A DNA stretch of 51,888 bases, from NCBI GenBank assembly GCA_038447835.1, contig JAWNZB010000001.1, positions 1 through 51,888 of the forward strand. The letters run 5' to 3'. This DNA is from Candidatus Igneacidithiobacillus chanchocoensis. Lineage in GTDB: Bacteria; Pseudomonadota; Gammaproteobacteria; Acidithiobacillales; Acidithiobacillaceae. The notes beneath the pieces are model-generated. The model searched no databases, had not been told where the DNA came from, and saw nothing but the letters and a program-made list of their open reading frames with translations. The position numbers and the translations under genes were made by a program. Of the stretch, positions 20,367-30,489 are shown piece by piece. The stretch's first letter is position 1; the number at the start of each line of letters is the position of its first letter.

Positions 20367-21197
20367 ATGTTATACCCCGAGTTGTTCCGAGCCCTGGAAG
20401 CGGCTCGCTGGAATATGGAGAAGGACATCCCTTGGGATCAGTTCGATGCCAGCAAGGTCACCCCTGAACATCTGCAAACCATCAAGATGAACGCCATCAC
20501 CGAGTGGTCGGCCCTGCCTGCCACGGAAATGTTTCTGCGCGACAATCGCGACGACTCCGACTTCTCGGCCTTCATGTCGATCTGGTTCTACGAAGAACAA
20601 AAGCACGCCTTGGTATTGATGGAGTACCTGCGCCGCTTTGCCCCGGAATATCTACCAACGGAAGAAGAGCTGCACCAAGTGCGCTTCGAGTTCGATCCGG
20701 CACCGGCCATGGAAACCCTCATGCTGCATTTTTGCGGCGAGATTCGCCTCACCCACTGGTACAAGGCTGCGGCGGAGTGGCATCAGGAACCGGTGATCAA
20801 ATTCATCTACGAGACCCTGTCTCGCGATGAGGCCCGCCATGCTGGCGTCTACCTCAAGTACATGCGCCGTGCCGTCGATCGCCTGGGCGATTCTGCCCGT
20901 TTGGCCTTTGCCAAGATTGGCGTACTCATGGCCAACACCAAGACCGCCAAGGCCTTGCACCCTACCAACCTGCACGTCAATAAAGAGATGTATCCCGCCG
21001 ACAGCGTCCAAAGTCACCTGCCCGATCCCGGCTGGCTCGAACGTTGGCTCGATACCCAGATCCATTTCGACAGTATCTGGGAAGGCAAGGTGATCAACGG
21101 CATCCTACGCAACCTGTCCACCTTGTTGGAGATTCCCATTCAGAATGCCAAGGATCTCAGCCAGTATCGTAAGCGCATGGCGTCGGCAGCCGGTTAA
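20367..21197 (+). CDS. Ferritin-like diiron protein (acyl-ACP desaturase / diiron oxygenase-like)
   Basis: Paired ligand sets ITE..EEQKH and CGE..DEARH; W..DIPW N-terminus; GGAG RBS. Confidence 0.75.
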   Translation: MLYPELFRALEAARWNMEKDIPWDQFDASKVTPEHLQTIKMNAITEWSALPATEMFLRDNRDDSDFSAFMSIWFYEEQKHALVLMEYLRRFAPEYLPTEEELHQVRFEFDPAPAMETLMLHFCGEIRLTHWYKAAAEWHQEPVIKFIYETLSRDEARHAGVYLKYMRRAVDRLGDSARLAFAKIGVLMANTKTAKALHPTNLHVNKEMYPADSVQSHLPDPGWLERWLDTQIHFDSIWEGKVINGILRNLSTLLEIPIQNAKDLSQYRKRMASAAG

Positions 21198-21317
21198 TGT
21201 CGCTTGCCCCCGACAGTTTTGCGCTGGCAGACTCGCCAACACGCGGTTTTACAAGGGATTTTCTTTGGGCACAGTTTCTGCTTCCTATCTCCCGGTTGTT
21301 CTGACGAGGATGGAAAA

Positions 21318-21674
21318 ATGAAGACGACACCCAAAGCCCTTGCCGCCCTGTTCGGCATCTTGCTGCTGGCCGGCTGTGCCAATAACCCCTACGGGAACTC
21401 CTATGGTTTCGGTAGCAGCCCGCTCGGTGGCAACAAAACGACTACCGATACTGCCACTGGCGCCGCCTTGGGCGCGGTAGCGGGCGCTGTAGTCGGTAAC
21501 CAAACCGGTAGCCCATTGTCTGGGGCGGCCATTGGCGCAGGATTAGGCGGTCTTGCTGGCTATGCCCTGTCCAAAAACCAGCAGCAGCCCGCCAATTGCC
21601 CGCCCGGATACAACTGTATCCAAAACACCCCACCGCCCAGCTGCCCCCCGGGCTATACCTGTAACCCGCAATAA
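21318..21674 (+). CDS. Glycine-zipper lipoprotein with Cys-rich tail
   Basis: Signal peptide with lipobox LLAGC; GAALGAVAGAVVG / GAAIGAGLGGLAG; two CPPGYxC motifs. Confidence 0.85.
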   Translation: MKTTPKALAALFGILLLAGCANNPYGNSYGFGSSPLGGNKTTTDTATGAALGAVAGAVVGNQTGSPLSGAAIGAGLGGLAGYALSKNQQQPANCPPGYNCIQNTPPPSCPPGYTCNPQ

Positions 21675-21677
21675 GGG

Positions 21678-22115
21678 ATGACGGTAGATACCGAACTATC
21701 TCCCTGGCGCAGTCTGGACCTCGAGGCCCGGCTGCGCTGGGCCCTCAGCCCAGAAATCCCTACCCTTTATCGTCATGCCCTGGCCCGCGAACAATGGGTC
21801 CAGACGCGCTGCTATTTTGCTCGTCGTCAGGATCTGCGGCCGGAGGAGGTCGCGCATTTCGCCAACGATGACGATTACGTGATCCGGCTATGCATCGCCA
21901 AGCGCCCCGACCTCAGCCCGGAGCAAGTCGCCGCCTTCTGTATCGACCGCGACCCTAATGTGCGCTACGCCATTGCCCGCAACCCCTTACTTAGCGCCGC
22001 GCAACGGCAGCTGCTCCTTAACGATATCGATGAAGTGGTGCGGCAGGCGGCCGACAAAGGAGCGCGCCCAAGTCAGACCCGTCAACGCCCGGGCCAGGCG
22101 AGTTTGTATCGCTGA
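21678..22115 (+). CDS. LRV/HEAT-like repeat protein
   Basis: About 24-aa repeats (DDDYVIRLCIAKRPDL, DRDPNVRYAIARNPLL, DIDEVVRQAA). Confidence 0.7.
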   Translation: MTVDTELSPWRSLDLEARLRWALSPEIPTLYRHALAREQWVQTRCYFARRQDLRPEEVAHFANDDDYVIRLCIAKRPDLSPEQVAAFCIDRDPNVRYAIARNPLLSAAQRQLLLNDIDEVVRQAADKGARPSQTRQRPGQASLYR

Positions 22116-22117
22116 GG

Positions 22118-22426
22118 TCAGCAGCGCTGGCCGCGGCAGAGCCAGGCGTCGCGTACTTGGCCATCGGCACCGAGCAGCACATGCAGTTCGCCCTGCTGGC
22201 GTAACCGCTGCGGTGCCGCCGCACCAAAACCGAGTTCTTCCTCAAAATCTACCAGGCAACTGACGAGATTTTCCTCCTTGCCCGCCTCTACCAAGCGGCA
22301 TTGGCAGTGGGCGCCGTCGCGCCGCGCCAGCCCACCCATGCTCGTAAAGCTCGCCAGCAATTGCTGGGCATCCAGATAGTCGAGTATTTTTTCCTGTACC
22401 TGCGGGTCTTCCCAAACGGCCATCAT
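22118..22426 (-). CDS. Hypothetical protein (about 102 aa)
   Basis: GAGGAGAGG RBS before ATGATG; fills the gap and is divergent from nuoA. Confidence 0.6.
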   Translation of the reverse strand: MMAVWEDPQVQEKILDYLDAQQLLASFTSMGGLARRDGAHCQCRLVEAGKEENLVSCLVDFEEELGFGAAAPQRLRQQGELHVLLGADGQVRDAWLCRGQRC

Positions 22427-22524
22427 CCTCTCCTCGGGCGGCTCCGTGCCTGCCCTGCCTTTAGCATAGTGCAGTCGCGCCCGAGATTCCTGACCTATAC
22501 TCTCAGCAGAGCCAGGAGGGCCGG

Positions 22525-22884
22525 ATGCCACTCACCAACGCCGCCGCTGTTGCCGTCTTTTCTCTGCTTGCCTTGGGGCTATTGCTGGGACTGTTGACCT
22601 TGGCGCGCGTCCTTGGTGGACGACATCCTAGTCGCAACAAAGATATCCCCTTCGAAAGCGGCCTCGGGGCGAGCACCGCGGTGCACCCGGCCACCCCGGT
22701 GCGCTTCTATCTCTTGGCGGTATCCTTTCTCGTTTTTGAACTCGAGGGCGCCTTTCTCTACGCCTGGGCGGTGGCCTTTCACTCCTTGGGACGCTTGGCA
22801 ATCTGGGGCGGCATCGTTTTTCTGCTCATCCTTGCCCTCGGCTGGCTTTACGAATGGGCGATGGGAGGATTGCGATGGCGATGA
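22525..22884 (+). CDS. nuoA: NADH-quinone oxidoreductase subunit A
   Basis: PFESG loop, RFYL, FELE, YEW..GGLRW; AGGAGG RBS. Confidence 0.92.
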   Translation: MPLTNAAAVAVFSLLALGLLLGLLTLARVLGGRHPSRNKDIPFESGLGASTAVHPATPVRFYLLAVSFLVFELEGAFLYAWAVAFHSLGRLAIWGGIVFLLILALGWLYEWAMGGLRWR

Positions 22885-23360
22885 GACAGGGACCGCTGGC
22901 CTTTTTTGCCGGTCGCCTCGATGAGCTTCTCGCCTGGAGTCGGGCGGGCTCTCTCTGGCCCCTCAATTTTGGGACTTCCTGCTGCTTTATCGAGATGGTG
23001 GCCGCGGTTACCCCGCGCCATGATCTTGCCCGCTTTGGCGCCGAGGTACTGCGCAGCTCGCCGCGTCAAGCCGATGTTTTGATCTGCTCCGGTACCGTCT
23101 TTGCCAAAATGGCGCCAATGATCGTCGAGATCTATGAGCAGATGCTCGAACCGAAGTGGGTGATCTCCATGGGCTCCTGCTCCAATTCCGGGGGCATGTA
23201 TGACGTCTACAGCGTGATTCAGGGCCTCGACCAGATTCTACCGGTGGATGTCTATGTGCCGGGCTGCCCGCCCCGCCCCGAGGCCCTGATGGACGGGCTC
23301 ACGCTGCTCCAACGCAAGATTCGCCAGCGACCCGCCCGGGTTCTGGCGCGAGAGAGCTGA
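22875..23360 (+). CDS. nuoB: NADH-quinone oxidoreductase subunit B
   Basis: [27 protein letters not shown]. Confidence 0.95.
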   Translation: MAMRQGPLAFFAGRLDELLAWSRAGSLWPLNFGTSCCFIEMVAAVTPRHDLARFGAEVLRSSPRQADVLICSGTVFAKMAPMIVEIYEQMLEPKWVISMGSCSNSGGMYDVYSVIQGLDQILPVDVYVPGCPPRPEALMDGLTLLQRKIRQRPARVLARES

Positions 23361-25042
23361 TGCTGCTCGCCGAGGTCTTGCAACGCCGCTTTGCTGCCCA
23401 GCCCGCCGCAGATGCTCGGGATGGCCTGCCCGATTTCGTCTTGCCGGTGGATCAGATCCTGCCCGCCCTGCGCTACCTACGCACCGAGCGGCGAGCGCCC
23501 TTCTCCATGCTCTTCGACCTGAGCGCGCGCGAGGAGACGGCAGCGGGCGAAGCCCAGTACACCCTGCTCTATCACCTGCATAGTCTGCAGCCAGGAGATT
23601 GGCTGCGGCTGCGCGTGCCCTTGGCCGCCGCAGAAGCGCCGACTTGCACGGAGATTTACCCCGCCGCCAATTGGTATGAACGCGAAGTGTATGATCTCTT
23701 CGGCATCCGCTTTTCTGGCCATCCCGATTTGCGCCGACTCTTGCTGAGCCCCAACTGGCAGGGCCACCCCCTGCGCAAAGCCGAGCCCATTCGTGCGACC
23801 GAGCGCCCGCCCCTACGCGTCGAGCGTGGCTCCTTGCAGGAGGCCCTGGCGGTCTACGCGCCCAAGGAGGCGCCGGGGGAGGGCGAGATGCTCCTCAATG
23901 TCGGCCCGCATCATCCCGGCACCCATGGCATTCTGCGCTACCGACTGCGCCTGCGCGGCGAACGTATCGTCGCGGTCGACCCCGATATCGGCTACCACCA
24001 CCGCGGGGTGGAGAAGATTGCCGAGGGGCATAGCTATCACAATTTTCTTCCCTATACTGACCGCGTCGATTATTTGGGCGGTGTCCTCGGGGAGTGGCCC
24101 TATCTGCGTGCCGTCGAGGCCCTGGCGGGGATCGAGGTACCCGAGCGCGCCGAGGGCATTCGCACGCTACTTGCCGAAATCTGTCGCATCGAGTCGCATC
24201 TGGTCTGGCTGGGTAGTTACGGCAACGACCTCGGTACCATGGGGCCGGCCTTTTATGCCTTTCGCGATCGCGCCCTACTCCTCGACCTCATGGAGATCTT
24301 TACCGGTGGTCGCCTGCATCCGCAGTTTTTTCGCATTGGCGGGGTGGCGGCGGACCTCCCCGAGGGCTGGCAGGATGCCCTGCAGGCGGTGCTGCGCCAG
24401 GTCGAGTCGGGACTGCGCGATACCGAGACCCTGAGCGTCGACAATGCCATTTTTCGTGCCCGCACCGTTGGGGTAGGCAAAATCAGTCCGGCCATGGCGG
24501 AGCGTTGGAGCGCGAGCAGCATCGTCCTGCGCAGTACGGGTACGGCCTGGGACCTGCGCCGGGCCGAACCCTACGGGCTCTACCCGCGCCTAGATTTTAC
24601 CGTGCCCACCGCGACCGAAGGCGATGCCTGGAGCCGTACCTGGCTGCACCTAGAGGAGATTCGCGAGAGTATCAGCATGCTGCGGCAGCTGTGCGCGCAG
24701 ATGCCCGAGGGGCCGATCCTCGCCACCGACTCACCGCTAGCCCTGATGCCCAAGGAGCGCAGCCTGCGCGACATCGAGACCTTGATCCATCACTTCGAGC
24801 AGATGGCGGCGGAATTTGGCCCGCCGCCCGGGGTCGCTCTCGGCCTCGGCGAATCGGCACGCGGCATGCTTGGCTACTTTGTGTGCAGCGATGGCAGCCC
24901 GCGCCCGCAACGCCTGCGCATCCGCACCGGCTCCTTTGCCCATGTGCAGATGATTGCGGAACTCGGGCAGGGCCTCGCCATTCCCGATTTCATTGCCGCC
25001 ATTGGATCTCTGGATTATGTCCTCGCCGACCTCGATCGCTGA
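23360..25042 (+). CDS. nuoC: NADH-quinone oxidoreductase fused subunit C/D
   Basis: WYEREVYDLFG and GHPLRK (NuoC) fused to GPHHPGTHG, YHHRGVEK, DRVDY and terminal DLDR (NuoD). Confidence 0.93.
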   Translation: MLLAEVLQRRFAAQPAADARDGLPDFVLPVDQILPALRYLRTERRAPFSMLFDLSAREETAAGEAQYTLLYHLHSLQPGDWLRLRVPLAAAEAPTCTEIYPAANWYEREVYDLFGIRFSGHPDLRRLLLSPNWQGHPLRKAEPIRATERPPLRVERGSLQEALAVYAPKEAPGEGEMLLNVGPHHPGTHGILRYRLRLRGERIVAVDPDIGYHHRGVEKIAEGHSYHNFLPYTDRVDYLGGVLGEWPYLRAVEALAGIEVPERAEGIRTLLAEICRIESHLVWLGSYGNDLGTMGPAFYAFRDRALLLDLMEIFTGGRLHPQFFRIGGVAADLPEGWQDALQAVLRQVESGLRDTETLSVDNAIFRARTVGVGKISPAMAERWSASSIVLRSTGTAWDLRRAEPYGLYPRLDFTVPTATEGDAWSRTWLHLEEIRESISMLRQLCAQMPEGPILATDSPLALMPKERSLRDIETLIHHFEQMAAEFGPPPGVALGLGESARGMLGYFVCSDGSPRPQRLRIRTGSFAHVQMIAELGQGLAIPDFIAAIGSLDYVLADLDR

Positions 25043-25517
25043 GTCGCTCCCCGAACCATTGCAGGCCCGCCTGCAGGAGGCCCTGCGCCAGGCCGGGGCC
25101 CATCCCGAGGCGGCCGTCTGCGAGTTGCTGCGCCTTCTACAGGCGGCCTACGGCTGGATCGACGATGCCCGTTTGCACTTGGTCGCTTCCCTCTGCGGCA
25201 TCAGCCCGGTGCGGGTCGAGGAACTCTGCACCTTCTATCCCTTGGTCTTACGCCAAGACCCCGGGCGCCATGTGCTACGCATCTGCGATAGCGTTGCCTG
25301 CCATTTGGCCGGCGCCCGCAAGCTCTTGGCGCAGGCAGAGGCGCAAAGCGGCGTACCCCCGGGGGAGAGCAATGGCCGCTACAGCATCCTGCCCCATGTT
25401 TGCCTGGGGCTCTGCGACCGGGCACCGGCAGCCCTTGTCGACGGCCACACCGTGGTCGCTCCCCTGAGTGCCGAGGCCCTGGCCGCACAGCTCGACGCCT
25501 GGGAGGCGGAGCCATGA
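25017..25517 (+). CDS. nuoE: NADH-quinone oxidoreductase subunit E
   Basis: TFY, CDSVAC and CLGLC [2Fe-2S] ligands; start approximate. Confidence 0.9.
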   Translation: MSSPTSIAESLPEPLQARLQEALRQAGAHPEAAVCELLRLLQAAYGWIDDARLHLVASLCGISPVRVEELCTFYPLVLRQDPGRHVLRICDSVACHLAGARKLLAQAEAQSGVPPGESNGRYSILPHVCLGLCDRAPAALVDGHTVVAPLSAEALAAQLDAWEAEP

Positions 25518-26776
25518 GCGAACGTCCACTGAGTCTGCTCTTTGCGCATCCCGACCCGGCAGATCTGGCGGCCTACCGCGCCGTGGGAGGCTACCAGGGG
25601 CTACAGAAGGCCCTCACCATGACAGCAGAGGAGCTCATTGCTTTGGTGGAGCAATCCGGCCTGCGCGGCTGCGGCGGGGCGGGTTTTCCCACCGGGGTCA
25701 AATGGCGCCTGCGCGGTCTCGATGCACCCGAGCCCCGCTACCTGGTCTGCAACCTCGACGAGACCGAGCCCGGCAGCTTCAAGGATCGCGCCTTGCTCTT
25801 TGGTGCCCCGCAGCAAATCCTCGAGGGGATGCTGATTGCCGCCCATGCCCTCGGGGTACGCGAGGCCACCCTCTTCGTCCGCGGCGAATATGCCGCCGGT
25901 GCCGAAATTTTTGCCCGCGCCCTGCAGGCTGCCGAGGCCGCAGGCCTGCTCGATTTGCCCGCGGGACCTCTGCGCCTCGACATGCATCTCTCTTTGGGCC
26001 GTTACATCTGCGGCGAGGATTCGGCCATCCTCAACGCCATCGAAGGACGCCGCCCCAATCCGCGCAAAAAGCCCCCGCACATTGCGCAAAAAGGGCTTTG
26101 GCAACAGCCGACCACGGTCAACAATGCCGAAACCCTGGCACAGCTGCCGGGAATCCTGCGCGCCGGCAGCGAGACCTACCGCAGTTGGGGCGTAGCTGGC
26201 GGGGTGGGGAGCAAGCTTTACAGCGTCTGTGGGCCGGTGCAGCGGCCCGGGGTTTTTGAACTGCCCATGGGAACCTCCTTGCGGGAAATCCTCTACGTAC
26301 ATGGAGGAGGCCCCCTACCCGGGCGACAGATCCGCGCCGTCCTGCCCGGCGGTGCTTCCACCCCCTTCGTTCTGCCCAAAGATTTCGATACCCCCATGCA
26401 CTTCGATGCCATGGCCAAGATCGGCTCGCGCTTGGGTACCGGCGGCTGCATCGTTCTCGACGATCGGCATTGCCCCCTCGATTTTCTCATCGCCACCACC
26501 CGCTTCTACGCGCGGGAATCCTGCGGATTTTGCACCCCCTGCCGGGAGGGTCTACCTTTTTTATTGTGGCTCCTGGAAAAAATCGAGGCGGGGGAAGGCG
26601 AAATGCGCGACCTGGATAATATCGAGACCCTGGGCAAGGAGATCGCCCCGAATAGCTTCTGCGCCCTCGCCCCGGGCGCGCTCATGCCCCTGCTTTCGGG
26701 AATGGTGATCTTTCGCGACGAGATTGCCGCCCACGTCGAGCAAGGGCGCTGCCCCTACGGAGACCGGCATGGCTGA
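25514..26776 (+). CDS. nuoF: NADH-quinone oxidoreductase subunit F
   Basis: GLRGCGGAGFPTG, DETEPG, YICGED, ESCGFCTPCREG. Confidence 0.94.
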   Translation: MSERPLSLLFAHPDPADLAAYRAVGGYQGLQKALTMTAEELIALVEQSGLRGCGGAGFPTGVKWRLRGLDAPEPRYLVCNLDETEPGSFKDRALLFGAPQQILEGMLIAAHALGVREATLFVRGEYAAGAEIFARALQAAEAAGLLDLPAGPLRLDMHLSLGRYICGEDSAILNAIEGRRPNPRKKPPHIAQKGLWQQPTTVNNAETLAQLPGILRAGSETYRSWGVAGGVGSKLYSVCGPVQRPGVFELPMGTSLREILYVHGGGPLPGRQIRAVLPGGASTPFVLPKDFDTPMHFDAMAKIGSRLGTGGCIVLDDRHCPLDFLIATTRFYARESCGFCTPCREGLPFLLWLLEKIEAGEGEMRDLDNIETLGKEIAPNSFCALAPGALMPLLSGMVIFRDEIAAHVEQGRCPYGDRHG

Positions 26777-29036
26777 GGTCTTTTACTTGGATGGCGAGCC
26801 CATTCCCTTCCGAGCCGGGCAGAACGTCCTCGAGGCCCTGCTGGCTCAGGGTAACAGTCCCATCCCCTATTTTTGCTACCACCCCGCCCTTGGCAGCCTC
26901 GGGGCCTGTCGCCAGTGCGGGGTCAAGGTCTTTCCCCACGACGGCAAGCATCCGCCGCGGCTGACCATGGCCTGCTTGCTCCCTGCCAGCCGCGGTCTGC
27001 AACTGGCGCGCGCCGAGGCCGAGGTGGAGCAGGAGCATCGCCTCATCAGCGAACTGCTCATGCGCAATCATCCCCACGACTGCCCGGTCTGCGATGAAGG
27101 CGGGCAGTGCCACTTGCAGAACATGACCGTGGCCAGCGGCCATGCCTACCGCGCGTATTCGCCCGAGAAGCGGCGCTATCGTAGCCAGCAGCTCGGGCCC
27201 TTGATCGCACAAGAGATGAACCGCTGCATTGCCTGCTACCGCTGCGTGCGCTTTTATCAGGATGCTGCCGGGGGTGAGGATTTTGGCGTGTTTGGCTCGC
27301 GCGACCGCGTCTTTTTTGGGCGCCTCGAAGACGGCCCCCTGGAAAGCCCCCTGGCCGGTAATCTAGCGGAAGTCTGCCCCACCGGGGTCTTCACCGACAA
27401 GGTCTATCACCAGGCCTACCTGCGCCCCTGGGATCTCGAGGAAAGCAACGCTATCTGCCCGCACTGTAGCCTCGGCTGCAACACCCGCCCCGGCGCTGGG
27501 CGCGGACGGCTGCGACGCATTCGCCAACGCGCCCATGCCGAGATCAACCCGCACTTTCTCTGTGACCGCGGTCGCTTCGGTTTTCGCTATGTCGATGCCG
27601 CCGAGCGGCCGCGGAGGGCCCAGGCGCAAGGACGAAGCTTGGGCATCGACGACGCCCTCGATCGGCTGGCGGCACGGCTGGCAGACGGGCGCACGGCCTT
27701 TCTCGGTTCCGCCCGGGAGGATCTCGACAGCAATCTCGGACTCCTTGCCCTTGCCGATCTCTGCGGCGGCCCCTTTGCCGCCTTTCTCGATCCCTGGCAG
27801 GAAGCCCTCGCGCGCGAGATTCTCGCCTTACCACGCCCGCCCGCCCCGGCGCAGATCCCGAACTTCCGCGAAATCCTCCTCATCGGTGCCGTGGAGCAGG
27901 TTGCACCCACCCTGCCCCTCTTTCTGCGCCAGGCCCGGGAGCGCGGCGCGCAACTGCATCTCCTGCGTTGCCTGCCCAGCGCCCTCGCCCGGCTCGTACA
28001 AGGCGACCAGCTCCTGCCCCCGGCGGCCTTCCTCGACGCCGCCTGGGACTGGCTCGCCAAGGCGCATAAGCATCCCTTTCTGCTCCTCGTCGACAGCGAA
28101 TCCATCGGCCCCGAGCTGCTGCACCTGCTGCGTCGGGAGATACCCACCTGGCCCGCCGGCAGCGGCATCCTCCCGGTCTACCGTCAGGCCAACTTACCCG
28201 GGGCTTCTTTCTATGCCGTCGATGGCCACAGTGCCCGGCTGCGCGCCAGCATCGCGGCAGGGCATTGCGATCATCTCTTAAGCCTCGCCCAAGATCCGCA
28301 GGAAGTGGACGGCCCCTGGTGGCGCGCCCACCCGGATCTCGACTTGAGCCTCATCGATCAGCGCCGCAGCCCATCCTGGGACGAAGCCTGGCTGAGCCTA
28401 CCCTGCAGTGCCCTGAGCGAGCGTTCGGGCTGGTATTACAACGGTGAGGGGCGTCTGCAGCAGAGCGAACAAGCCTACGTCCCGGCCGAGGAACAGCGCC
28501 GTTGGCGCCCGGAGCTTGGGCCTTTTCCCTTGGCCGCCGGCGGCATTTTGCAAAGTAGCGCCTTGCCTTCGCCTATGGCCCTTTGCCAAGCCCTGGCGGA
28601 GCGCCTGGGCGAGCTCGCGGCCTGGCAGGAGCGGTACCGCTTCTACCGCGATTTTCTGGTGGGCGCGGCGGGGGCGGAGAGCTTTCTCCCGGAGGACCTG
28701 CGCGCTCGCTTTCGCCTGCACTCCGCGCCGCCGCCGCGGGCCGCAGACCGGGGCTGGACCCTGGCGCGCTGCAGTCATTACAGCGAAGAAACCCTGGCCG
28801 CTGGCGCCCGCGAACTGCACAGCCTGGCGCCCATGCCGGCAGCCTGGCTGGCGCCGGGGCAAGTTCGGGCAAAGACGGTACGGCTGCACGCCGCCGACGG
28901 CAAAAACCGCACCCTGTCGCTGCGGGAAGTTCCGGATATGTGCCCGGAAGTACTCGCCATTCCCGGGGAGCTTCTGGCGGATCTGGGCCTGCGCCCCGGC
29001 GATGGCCTCACACCGGAGTGGCTCGACCTATGCTGA
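26769..29036 (+). CDS. nuoG: NADH-quinone oxidoreductase subunit G
   Basis: FCYHP..GACRQC, HPHDCPVCDEGGQC, CIACYRC and N7 motif CPHCSLGC; divergent C-terminal half. Confidence 0.92.
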   Translation: MAEVFYLDGEPIPFRAGQNVLEALLAQGNSPIPYFCYHPALGSLGACRQCGVKVFPHDGKHPPRLTMACLLPASRGLQLARAEAEVEQEHRLISELLMRNHPHDCPVCDEGGQCHLQNMTVASGHAYRAYSPEKRRYRSQQLGPLIAQEMNRCIACYRCVRFYQDAAGGEDFGVFGSRDRVFFGRLEDGPLESPLAGNLAEVCPTGVFTDKVYHQAYLRPWDLEESNAICPHCSLGCNTRPGAGRGRLRRIRQRAHAEINPHFLCDRGRFGFRYVDAAERPRRAQAQGRSLGIDDALDRLAARLADGRTAFLGSAREDLDSNLGLLALADLCGGPFAAFLDPWQEALAREILALPRPPAPAQIPNFREILLIGAVEQVAPTLPLFLRQARERGAQLHLLRCLPSALARLVQGDQLLPPAAFLDAAWDWLAKAHKHPFLLLVDSESIGPELLHLLRREIPTWPAGSGILPVYRQANLPGASFYAVDGHSARLRASIAAGHCDHLLSLAQDPQEVDGPWWRAHPDLDLSLIDQRRSPSWDEAWLSLPCSALSERSGWYYNGEGRLQQSEQAYVPAEEQRRWRPELGPFPLAAGGILQSSALPSPMALCQALAERLGELAAWQERYRFYRDFLVGAAGAESFLPEDLRARFRLHSAPPPRAADRGWTLARCSHYSEETLAAGARELHSLAPMPAAWLAPGQVRAKTVRLHAADGKNRTLSLREVPDMCPEVLAIPGELLADLGLRPGDGLTPEWLDLC

Positions 29037-29989
29037 TCGCCCTCCAAGTCCTGGCCATGCTCGCGACCTTGCTCGCCCTCCTCGGCCTTGCCGGTTTTCT
29101 GGTCTTTGCCGAGCGCCGGGTGCTGGCATTGCTCCAGAATCGCCTGGGTCCGAATCGCCTGGGGCCCTTCGGGGTGGGACAGGCCCTTGCCGATGCCATC
29201 AAGCTCCTCGCCAAGGAGGACTTCGTTCCCCGTTTTGCCAATAACTGGCTGTACCGTGGCGCTCCGGTCCTCGTCGCGGCCAGCGCCCTGGCAGGTTTTG
29301 CCGTACTGCCCCTGGCGCCCGGAGTCTCCTGGGCCGGCACCTGGAATATTGGACTGCTGCTGCTTCTCGCCCTTAGCTCATTGCATGTGTATGGCGTCTT
29401 CCTCGGCGGCTGGTCGTCCAACAACAAGTTCGCCCTCTACGGGGCAATTCGCGCGGTGGCGCAGCTGATCAGCTACGAACTCCCCCTCGGTCTTGCTCTC
29501 CTTGCCCTGGTCCTCCTTGCCGGCAGCCTCTCCCTGCAGGGGCTCGGGCAGGCCGGCAGCGGGCTCCCTCTCATCGTCTATCAACCCCTCGGCTTTCTTG
29601 TTTTTGCGATTGCCGGGGTGGCCGAAACCCAGCGGCTGCCCTTTGACCTTGCCGAGGCCGAAAGCGAATTGGTGGCGGGCTACCACACCGAGTATGGCGG
29701 CATGCGCTTCGGCTTCTTCTTTTTGGGCGAGTATTTGGGTCTGGTGCTGATCGCGGCCCTCATTGCCCTGCTCTATCTGGGTGCCTGGAGCGGGCCCTTC
29801 TTGCCCGCGTGCTGCTGGATGCTCCTCAAGACGGCGCTGGTGATCCTGGTCTTTTTTTGGATGCGCGCGAGCCTCCCGCGGCCGCGCTACGACCAACTGC
29901 TGCATTGGGGCTGGAATGCGCTGTTGCCCCTGGCCATCCTCAATTTATTGCTGACCGCCCTGGCGGCGGCCTGGTGGGGGACGCCATGA
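29030..29989 (+). CDS. nuoH: NADH-quinone oxidoreductase subunit H
   Basis: ERR..QNRLGPNR, ADAIKL, ISYE, PFDLAEAESELVAGY, RYDQL. Confidence 0.95.
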   Translation: MLIALQVLAMLATLLALLGLAGFLVFAERRVLALLQNRLGPNRLGPFGVGQALADAIKLLAKEDFVPRFANNWLYRGAPVLVAASALAGFAVLPLAPGVSWAGTWNIGLLLLLALSSLHVYGVFLGGWSSNNKFALYGAIRAVAQLISYELPLGLALLALVLLAGSLSLQGLGQAGSGLPLIVYQPLGFLVFAIAGVAETQRLPFDLAEAESELVAGYHTEYGGMRFGFFFLGEYLGLVLIAALIALLYLGAWSGPFLPACCWMLLKTALVILVFFWMRASLPRPRYDQLLHWGWNALLPLAILNLLLTALAAAWWGTP

Positions 29990-30489
29990 AGCTCTGGCGC
30001 CGCTTCTTTGCCAGTTTCTGGACGACCCTGCGCCAGCTGCCGCGCCGCGATACTCTCTCCTACCCGGAGCAGCAGCCCCAACTCAGCCGACGCTGGCGCG
30101 GGCGGCCGGTGCTCACCCGCGATGCCGACGGCGAAGAACGCTGTGTGGCCTGCGAGCTCTGCTCTGCCGTCTGCCCGACCCAGTGCATCGCCTTGGAGGG
30201 GGCGGATCGCCCCGACGGCCGTCGCTTCGCCGAGAGCTTTCGTATCAATTTTGCGCGCTGCATCTATTGTGGGCTCTGTGAGGAGGCCTGCCCGACCTTA
30301 GCCATCCAGCTCTCGCCGGAATTTGCCTTTGCGCAGAGCGAGCGCGGCGATTTTGTCTACAGCAAGGAGGCCCTGCTCATCGATGGCCCGGGCAAGCACC
30401 CAGACTATCGCTACTACGACCATGCCGGGGTGCGCATCCGCGCCCTGCCGCCGGCGCCGGCCGTCGAGCCCCGGAGCAATCTGCCATGA
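29986..30489 (+). CDS. nuoI: NADH-quinone oxidoreductase subunit I
   Basis: CVACELCSAVCP and CIYCGLCEEACP. Confidence 0.95.
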   Translation: MKLWRRFFASFWTTLRQLPRRDTLSYPEQQPQLSRRWRGRPVLTRDADGEERCVACELCSAVCPTQCIALEGADRPDGRRFAESFRINFARCIYCGLCEEACPTLAIQLSPEFAFAQSERGDFVYSKEALLIDGPGKHPDYRYYDHAGVRIRALPPAPAVEPRSNLP

